Source of the DNA: Puniceicoccaceae bacterium
Lineage (GTDB): Bacteria; Verrucomicrobiota; Verrucomicrobiia; Opitutales; Oceanipulchritudinaceae
Assembly: GCA_040830765.1 (NCBI GenBank)
Contig: JBFOMH010000009.1
Coordinates: 96,001 to 160,000, forward strand
Length of the DNA stretch: 64,000 nt
Direction of reading: 5' to 3'
The translations under genes and the position numbers were made by a program. Positions 57,539 through 64,000 of the stretch are shown one piece after another. The first letter of the stretch is position 1. The number at the start of each line of letters is the position of its first letter. The notes under the pieces are model-generated. The model was not told where the DNA came from, made no database searches, and saw nothing but the letters and a program-made list of their open reading frames with translations.

Positions 57539-57984
57539 AGATTAGTATTGGATTCGACCATGGGGCCATCGCCCTGCGCCAACCGGTTCTCGATTTTCTT
57601 CAATCAAGCGGTCACGAGGTCATGGACCATGGAACCGACACTACCGATTCCGTTGATTATCCCGACTTTGCGAAATGCGTCGCCGGGGATGTTGCCTCCG
57701 GAACGGCTGAAGCAGGTATTCTCTGTTGCACGACCGGCATCGGCATGAGCATGGCCGCCAACAAGGTCAAGGGGGTTCGGGCAGCGGTTGTTCACTTTGA
57801 AGATGAAGCCGCCCTGACACGCCGCCACAACAATGCCAACGTCCTATGTATGGGAGCGCTGCACACCAGCGCCGAACAGGCCCAACGCCTGGTTGAGGCC
57901 TTCCTGGCCAATTCCTTTGAAGGCGGCCGCCACCAGCGCCGCGTGGACAAGTTCTCGGAATGGGAAAGCGGTCCCTGCGGTTGA
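57535..57984 (+). CDS. rpiB: Ribose-5-phosphate isomerase B
   Basis: DHG, DYPD, CTTGIGMS.AANK, HNNANVL, FEGGRH.RR. Confidence 0.95.
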   Translation: MKISIGFDHGAIALRQPVLDFLQSSGHEVMDHGTDTTDSVDYPDFAKCVAGDVASGTAEAGILCCTTGIGMSMAANKVKGVRAAVVHFEDEAALTRRHNNANVLCMGALHTSAEQAQRLVEAFLANSFEGGRHQRRVDKFSEWESGPCG

Positions 57985-58026
57985 CAGTCCTGAGCGCAGT
58001 TCTCACCTTCTAGCAATCCTGATAAA

Positions 58027-59304
58027 ATGAGCATCATCCAGCAACCAAGCAACACTCTCAATCCGGCCCCGGCCAAGGATCTCGACCCGGAGCTTTATGC
58101 CGCCATTGAGGGAGAATACCAACGCCAACAGAACCACCTTGAGTTGATCGCCTCGGAGAATTTCACCCTCCCGGCAGTCATCGAGCTCACTGGGAGCGTC
58201 CTGACCAACAAGTATGCCGAAGGCTATCCAGGCAAGCGTTACTATGGTGGCTGCGAATTTGTGGATGTCGCTGAACAACTGGCCATTGACCGGGCCATGG
58301 AACTCTTCGGCGCCGAGTACGCCAATGTCCAGCCACACGCCGGCAGCCAGGCCAACTTCGGGGTTTATACCGCTGTTCTCGAACCCGGTGACAAAATCCT
58401 CACCATGAACCTGTCTGATGGCGGACACCTGACACACGGCAGTGCCGTTAACTTTTCCGGCAAGCTCTATTCGGTTGTGCATTATGGGGTTGATCCGGAA
58501 ACCGGCAGGATTGATTACGATGCCCTTGAGGAACAGGCCCGCAAGGAGCGGCCGAAGATGATCACCGTCGGGGCCTCGGCCTATCCAAGGACCATTGATT
58601 TTGAGCGCATGGCCGCCATTGCCAGTGAAGTCGGAGCTTACATCCTCGCGGATATCGCCCACATTGCAGGACTGGTTGCGGCGGGAGAACATCCCAGCCC
58701 CGTCCCCTTTTGCGACTTCGTCACCACCACCACCCACAAAACCCTCCGCGGTCCCCGTGGTGGGCTCATCCTCGCCAAGGAAAAATACGCCAAGAAGCTC
58801 AATTCGGCCATTTTCCCGGGTGGCCAGGGTGGACCCTTGATGCACGTCATCGCCGCCAAGGCCCTTTGTTTCAGGGAGGCCATGAAACCCGAATTCAAGA
58901 CCTATCAGCACCAAGTGCGAAAAAATGCCGCTGCCATGGCCGATACCTTCAACAGCCTCGGCTACAAGTTGACCAGCGGGGGTACGGATAATCACCTCAT
59001 GCTGATCGATCTGCGCCAAAGCCATCCCGACCTGACCGGCAAGCAGGCTCAGATCGCCCTCGACAAGGCCCATATCACGACCAACCGGAACACGGTCCCC
59101 GGAGAAACAAGAAGTCCTTTCCAGACCAGTGGAATCCGCATCGGTACGCCTGCCTGTACCAGCCGCGGCATGGTCGAGGAGGATTTCCGCAAGATCGCCA
59201 CTGCCATCGACCAGGTTTTGGCCGACGTTGAGGATGCGGATGGCATTGCAGCTGCCCGCCAAGTTGCCCTTGAGCTGACCTCCGCTTATCCCCTGCCCTA
59301 TTGA
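58027..59304 (+). CDS. glyA: Serine hydroxymethyltransferase
   Basis: [34 protein letters not shown]. Confidence 0.99.
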   Translation: MSIIQQPSNTLNPAPAKDLDPELYAAIEGEYQRQQNHLELIASENFTLPAVIELTGSVLTNKYAEGYPGKRYYGGCEFVDVAEQLAIDRAMELFGAEYANVQPHAGSQANFGVYTAVLEPGDKILTMNLSDGGHLTHGSAVNFSGKLYSVVHYGVDPETGRIDYDALEEQARKERPKMITVGASAYPRTIDFERMAAIASEVGAYILADIAHIAGLVAAGEHPSPVPFCDFVTTTTHKTLRGPRGGLILAKEKYAKKLNSAIFPGGQGGPLMHVIAAKALCFREAMKPEFKTYQHQVRKNAAAMADTFNSLGYKLTSGGTDNHLMLIDLRQSHPDLTGKQAQIALDKAHITTNRNTVPGETRSPFQTSGIRIGTPACTSRGMVEEDFRKIATAIDQVLADVEDADGIAAARQVALELTSAYPLPY

Positions 59305-59311
59305 TTGAACC

Positions 59312-60013
59312 TTGGACCAACCCGACCCCAGGAGCGAAGAGGCTCTGATCGCCCACTTGTTGCAGTTCGTCACGCCTGAAAAAAAGGCGCGGATGGAGAC
59401 TGTTATCGCCAACCGGACCTCTCATGTCCGGGTCGTCCTTGAAGATATCTATCAACCGCACAATGCCAGCGCGGTCATGCGTTCCTGTGAATGCTTCGGC
59501 ATACAGCATCTGCATGTAATAGAAAATCGCTACAAATATACGCTGAACCGCGACGTGGCGATGGGCTCTTCCAAGTGGATCAACCTCCACCGACACAGCG
59601 AGGAGGAAAATGACAACACCCGCGCCTGCATGGAGGAACTGCGGGCCGCAGGTTACAGGATTGTCGCCACCAGCCTGGACCCGACATCGGTCGCCCTCCC
59701 TGAACTGCCCGTTGAAGAGAAGTTCTCCCTCTGGTTTGGCACTGAGGAGGAAGGACTGAGTGAGACCGCCCTCAAGGAGGCGGACGCCCATGTCCACATA
59801 CCCATGCTGGGTTTTACCCAAAGCTTCAATATTTCTGTCAGTGCTGCCATTTGCCTCTATGAGATTCGCTCCCGTTTGGCCCAGACAGACATCGATTGCT
59901 CTCTCGACGCCGCGGAAATGCGTCAGGTTTACCGCCTGTGGCTCCATAGCACGCTAAAAAACTGTGAAATTGTCGAAAGAACCTTCCTGGAGGGGCATAA
60001 AGAGGCGCCCTGA
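59312..60013 (+). CDS. trmH: TrmH-family (SpoU) tRNA 2'-O-methyltransferase
   Basis: HNASAVMRSCECFG, FGTEEEGLS, IPMLGFTQSFNISVSA; TTG start. Confidence 0.85.
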   Translation: MDQPDPRSEEALIAHLLQFVTPEKKARMETVIANRTSHVRVVLEDIYQPHNASAVMRSCECFGIQHLHVIENRYKYTLNRDVAMGSSKWINLHRHSEEENDNTRACMEELRAAGYRIVATSLDPTSVALPELPVEEKFSLWFGTEEEGLSETALKEADAHVHIPMLGFTQSFNISVSAAICLYEIRSRLAQTDIDCSLDAAEMRQVYRLWLHSTLKNCEIVERTFLEGHKEAP

Positions 60014-60074
60014 CCCGGTTTGGCGCTATTTTTCTTGCTGCACAGGGTAGAGTATTCAACATTTGCCTACCAGC

Positions 60075-60890
60075 ATGGCTGAGGAATATTTTATACGTGG
60101 ACCCGAGGAGGAGACCGCACGCGGTCCCTACGGAATCGATGAACTGGTCACCCTTGCCGAGGCAGGCAAGCTGGAACCTGACTATTATTATTTCGACCCC
60201 CGGATGGAGAGTTGGGCCGTTATCCGCTCCAATGAACCCCTCAAGGACCAGATCTTCCCTGAGAAGAAAAAGCTCACTCTCCGCAAGAAGACTGAAGAGG
60301 AAGTTGATTCCCTGAACAAGGAAGCGGATGAGGATGAAGAAAGTGCCGTCAAGGTGGATGAAATGCTGGCTGCCGCTGAAGGGCACACGGAGGAAACCAA
60401 GCATGTCCGCGTTAAGCAGGCATGGCAGGAGCGAACTGCCGCCCTGTCGGTTCCGATCCTCGGAATCCTGCTCGTTATTTCCGCCCTTTCCGTCCTCTAT
60501 CCCAGTTGGAACATCATCTCAGGGATTATCAATGATGAGGAAGGTGCCATTCAGCTGCTCTTCCAGAATCCAGTCGTCCTGCTCGGTGCCCTGGATCTCA
60601 TCATGGCTGTATTTCTACTCTTGAACGCGACGGAAATCTTTCCCTTGATCCGCGGCCGGGCCATGCTCGGGGCAGGATTCTTCTCCGTCATTTACTTCTC
60701 GAATTACATCAATGGCGATCCCCAGGGTCTTTACATGGCCTTATCCAGCATCGGTTTTGGGATTGGGCTCTATACCTGCACCCTGACCCTCAACTTTACC
60801 CTGATGGTTGCCTCTGCTTCCATTGGCATTGCCGGAGCTCTTGGAATTGCCTGGTATAGCAATCTTGTTCCCCTCTTCATGGGTTCCTGA
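60075..60890 (+). CDS. GYF_2 (DUF4339)-like domain membrane protein
   Basis: YFI......RGPY...EL..L...G.L....Y.F...M..W pattern, acidic linker, about 5 TM helices. Confidence 0.65.
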   Translation: MAEEYFIRGPEEETARGPYGIDELVTLAEAGKLEPDYYYFDPRMESWAVIRSNEPLKDQIFPEKKKLTLRKKTEEEVDSLNKEADEDEESAVKVDEMLAAAEGHTEETKHVRVKQAWQERTAALSVPILGILLVISALSVLYPSWNIISGIINDEEGAIQLLFQNPVVLLGALDLIMAVFLLLNATEIFPLIRGRAMLGAGFFSVIYFSNYINGDPQGLYMALSSIGFGIGLYTCTLTLNFTLMVASASIGIAGALGIAWYSNLVPLFMGS

Positions 60891-60904
60891 ACCCGAGGCG
60901 AAAT

Positions 60905-62383
60905 ATGGCGGCCCAGCCGGCAAACCCGAAGCCACCGGCCGGGGGTGAGAGTGCTCCCGGAGGCCGCAGGAGACGCATTCGCCAATTTCTCGAAAAGGAC
61001 ATCTGGGAGTACGGAGTCGGGGGTGAGCCCTCCCTCAAGGGACAGTGGATTGCCTTTCTGCGGGTATTGTCGATTGCCTGGCGTGGACTCGTGGAGAACA
61101 GGCTCTTCAGTCGTGCCGCCGCCTTAAGCTACTCCTCGCTCATTGCTTTGGGGCCACTGATTGCGGTGGTTGTCATCCTTTCCAGCTCCTTTGTCCGGAC
61201 CGATGCTGAAACCCAGATCAAGAAGGCCCTTCTTTTCATCGCCCCTTCCCTTGATGAGATGGTAACGCTGGAGAGGGAATCCCTTTCCGAGGAAGGCCAG
61301 CAAATGGCCACTGCTCTTGATACGCTGATTGCCCAGATCATCGATGGTGCAGAACAGTTGTTAAGCCAGATAAACACCTCCGGCTCAAAAGCCTTCGGGC
61401 TCATGGGCGGGCTCATCCTGATCTGGGTTGTCATCCAGTTGATGACAGCGGTTGAAACGACCCTGAACCAGATATGGGGGGTTCATCAAGGGCGGCCCTG
61501 GAGTAAGCGAATTGTCTTCTACTGGACATTCATCAGCCTTGGAGCACTCCTTGGGCTGGGTTCCACGGCCCTATTCTCAGCCTCAAACCTCATGTCCATG
61601 CTGGACTGGATGCCGCTGGGGAGTGAACTGGCAAGGGTACTGATTCGCCTCTCGCCCCTCATTTCCTTTGGTATGCTTGTCCTCTTGCTGGCACTCTTCT
61701 ATCGCTTCTTCCCCAATACCAGCGTCGCTTTCAAGCCGGCCCTTGTCGGCAGCCTCCTGACCGCCACCCTGCTCTTCCTGAACAACTATCTCGGCATCCT
61801 TTACGTCCACCGGGTGCTCTCCATCCAAAGCCTCTATGGTTCTGTCGGTATCATTCCGGTCATGATGATCGGCCTCTTCTTCTTCTGGGTCCTGATCCTC
61901 CTTGGGGGACAGTTGACCTACGCCGTGCAAAATGTCCGATTCCTCGCCAATCAGGCGGCCTGGCGGCGCATCAGTCCTCTTGTCCGGGAACTGGTCACGC
62001 TGTCGGCCTTCCTGCAGATTGCCCGCCGTTTTCATGACTCTGAAAAGGCCCCCACGATGAACGAAATCAGCCGCACGCTTCATGTGCCGGTCAACATCAT
62101 CAATGAATCCCTTGAAATCCTCGAGGAGTTGAAGTGGATAGCCCGCATCGCCAGGGAGGTGACAGAGGAGGAAGGGGAAAAGACCGGGTACCGGCCGGCC
62201 ATGCCGCTGGCCAGATACAATCTCTCCCGATTCAAACAGGCCATGGGCGAGCTGGGACACTCGGACATGGCCAGCAGTCTTGTGCAGGCAGACCCCCTCC
62301 TGAAACAGTACACCGAAGCCCAGCGACGGCACCAGGAAGACGAACTCTACCAGACGGGCCTGGACAAGCTCCTCGAAAGCTAA
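60905..62383 (+). CDS. YihY/BrkB family membrane protein with C-terminal winged-HTH-like domain
   Basis: RAAALSYSSL..L.P, E..LNQIW, LYRFFPN, LYGS...IP, LLGGQL; C-terminal helical extension. Confidence 0.88.
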   Translation: MAAQPANPKPPAGGESAPGGRRRRIRQFLEKDIWEYGVGGEPSLKGQWIAFLRVLSIAWRGLVENRLFSRAAALSYSSLIALGPLIAVVVILSSSFVRTDAETQIKKALLFIAPSLDEMVTLERESLSEEGQQMATALDTLIAQIIDGAEQLLSQINTSGSKAFGLMGGLILIWVVIQLMTAVETTLNQIWGVHQGRPWSKRIVFYWTFISLGALLGLGSTALFSASNLMSMLDWMPLGSELARVLIRLSPLISFGMLVLLLALFYRFFPNTSVAFKPALVGSLLTATLLFLNNYLGILYVHRVLSIQSLYGSVGIIPVMMIGLFFFWVLILLGGQLTYAVQNVRFLANQAAWRRISPLVRELVTLSAFLQIARRFHDSEKAPTMNEISRTLHVPVNIINESLEILEELKWIARIAREVTEEEGEKTGYRPAMPLARYNLSRFKQAMGELGHSDMASSLVQADPLLKQYTEAQRRHQEDELYQTGLDKLLES

Positions 62384-62403
62384 ATTCGTTCCAGCGACCA
62401 CAC

Positions 62404-62431
62404 TTGACAGGTGGTGCTTCCAGCCTAGCAT
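62404..62431 (+). promoter_or_regulatory. Putative promoter of the PpiD-like gene
   Basis: TTGACA-N16-TAGCAT. Confidence 0.65.
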
Positions 62432-62455
62432 CTGCCGCTTTAATCAATTCGCTAA

Positions 62456-64000
62456 ATGATTACCTCCTTACAGAATTTCTTCCTGAAGCATAACAAATGG
62501 CTCTTTGGCGGCCTCCTCATCGTCATTATTGTGACGTTTGTCCTGACCATCGGGCCGCAGAGCTTCTTCGGCAGTGGGACAGGCGGCCAACGGCAGTCGT
62601 TGAACTACTATGGCTATGACCTGACCTCAGAATCGGATCAGCGCTCCATGTCCTTCACGGCTGAGATCAGTGCCATCCTGCACCCAGAGCTTCGCCTGCG
62701 CCGTGAACAGCTGATGGATTACGCCTACATGCGGGTTGCTGGCCTCGGCATGGCCAACCAACTGGGTATTCCCCAGCCCAGCAAGGAAGAGTTGGCGGCT
62801 TATGTGGAAACACTGCTCATTTTCGCGGATCCGGCGACGGGTGAGTTTTCGGCCGAATCCTACAACCGGATGATGGATTCCCTCCAGTCCTCCGCACGTT
62901 ACAATCGCGAGGCCATCGGTACGGTCCTCCGCGAGGACTACCGCATCGCTGAAGTCCGCAAGGCTCTAGGAGGGCCCGATTACTCCCTTCCGCATGAAGT
63001 CCGGCAGGACTACCTCGACCAGCAAACCACTTATGAAATTGCCATCGCCCGTCTGGACTTTGATTCTTTTGAGCCGGAAATCGATTCCACCGATGAGGCA
63101 CTGCTGCAGTTCTTCAACGAAAACCCGGCCCGCTACGAGGTCGAAGAGACGCTTCTCGTCGACGCCCTCCTGTTCCGGGCCAGCGCCTACCTCGAGGAAG
63201 TTGCTGATCCGGTCGAAGGTGTCCTTGAGGCCTTTTTTGCAACCAACTCAGCCCGCTACCAGCCTGCCCCCGTGGAAGGCGAGGAAGCAGTGGAAGTCAC
63301 TCTCGCGGACGTTCGTGACCAGGCTCTGGCAGACTGGAAGTTAAGCGAGGCACGCGGTGTTGCTGCCCGCAAGGGAGAGGCATTCAGCCTGAAATTATGG
63401 CAAGACAGCGTGGTTCTCGATTCCGAGGCCTATGGTTCCATGGTGGAGGAGTTCTCAGTCGAAGTCCGTGAACTGCCTCCCTATTCCCGCACCAGCAGTC
63501 CATCCGTTCAGGACATCCCTGCCGATTTGCTCAATTCGATGTGGATTTTCGCCAGTAATCCCAATCGCTACTTTTCTGACATTGGCCAGATCGCCGATGG
63601 TGCGGTGGTCCTGGTCAAGCGAGGCCTCACGGAAGCACGCATGCCCGAGTTCGAGGAAGTCAGGGACCTCGTCGCACGTGACTTTGCTGCTTCCGAAAAA
63701 CGGAGGCTCTTCTCCGAAAAGGGCTCGGAACTGTACACCGAAATCAGCGCCCGCCTTGGCAGTGAACCATTCAGCGGAATCGCTGAATCTCTTGGTCTCA
63801 CAGTGGAAAGCATGGAACCGTTCAGTGGATCCCAGCCACCCCGCGAACTCCTCGCCTCCACGCTCTGGGACCAGGCACGATTTCTTGAGGAAGACCGGGT
63901 AACCCGCATGGTCATCAATGGCAACCAAGGTTCCTTTGCCTGTGTCACTAGCAAGGAAGTCCCTCAGGTTGACGCGTCGGATGAGGAATTCATCGCCTTC
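62456..64000 (+). CDS. PpiD/SurA N-domain membrane-anchored periplasmic chaperone (partial, runs off window)
   Basis: Hand translation MITSLQNFFLKHNKWLFGGLLIVIIVTFVLTIG...; in-frame 'DEALLQFFNENPARY' PpiD-like segment; absent from the ORF track, consistent with no stop inside the window. Confidence 0.75.
   Translation, partial: MITSLQNFFLKHNKWLFGGLLIVIIVTFVLTIGPQSFFGSGTGGQRQSLNYYGYDLTSESDQRSMSFTAEISAILHPELRLRREQLMDYAYMRVAGLGMANQLGIPQPSKEELAAYVETLLIFADPATGEFSAESYNRMMDSLQSSARYNREAIGTVLREDYRIAEVRKALGGPDYSLPHEVRQDYLDQQTTYEIAIARLDFDSFEPEIDSTDEALLQFFNENPARYEVEETLLVDALLFRASAYLEEVADPVEGVLEAFFATNSARYQPAPVEGEEAVEVTLADVRDQALADWKLSEARGVAARKGEAFSLKLWQDSVVLDSEAYGSMVEEFSVEVRELPPYSRTSSPSVQDIPADLLNSMWIFASNPNRYFSDIGQIADGAVVLVKRGLTEARMPEFEEVRDLVARDFAASEKRRLFSEKGSELYTEISARLGSEPFSGIAESLGLTVESMEPFSGSQPPRELLASTLWDQARFLEEDRVTRMVINGNQGSFACVTSKEVPQVDASDEEFIAF

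Overview
Gene-dense, moderately GC-rich core-genome segment. It most likely comes from a Verrucomicrobiota bacterium (Opitutales/Puniceicoccaceae-like), inferred from gene content (DUF5069, exosortase, TorF porin, stand-alone rpsR) and not verified by a search. I saw no rRNA, tRNA, CRISPR array, IS or prophage. Housekeeping genes are argJ(partial)/argC, rpsI/rplM, tal, rpsR, sua5, rpsT, psd, argS, cimA, rpsO/pnp, trpG/pabA, gyrB/gyrA, trkA/H, accB/C, rpiB and glyA. These are interspersed with an exosortase-glgM-glgE run, a divergent pilMNOPQ-like cluster and a cNMP-CBS-DUF294 + DEDDh exonuclease pair. There is also an OlsF-like acyltransferase, an orphan astB and a five-gene GldA/F/G-like ABC + DUF4340 + AsmA-like operon. 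The most notable observations are: (i) the ABC/AsmA operon, a candidate ATP-driven envelope lipid-transfer system; (ii) several proteins that have lost catalytic residues (DUF294 nucleotidyltransferase, RluA-like, ThiE-like); (iii) a 32-aa bS22/mS38-like ribosomal protein gene missing from the ORF track; (iv) a recurrent TTG-type -35/16-bp spacer/YANNNT promoter with very short or leaderless 5' UTRs; and (v) structured RNA leaders at rpsO and pnp. All family calls come from motif recognition by eye.
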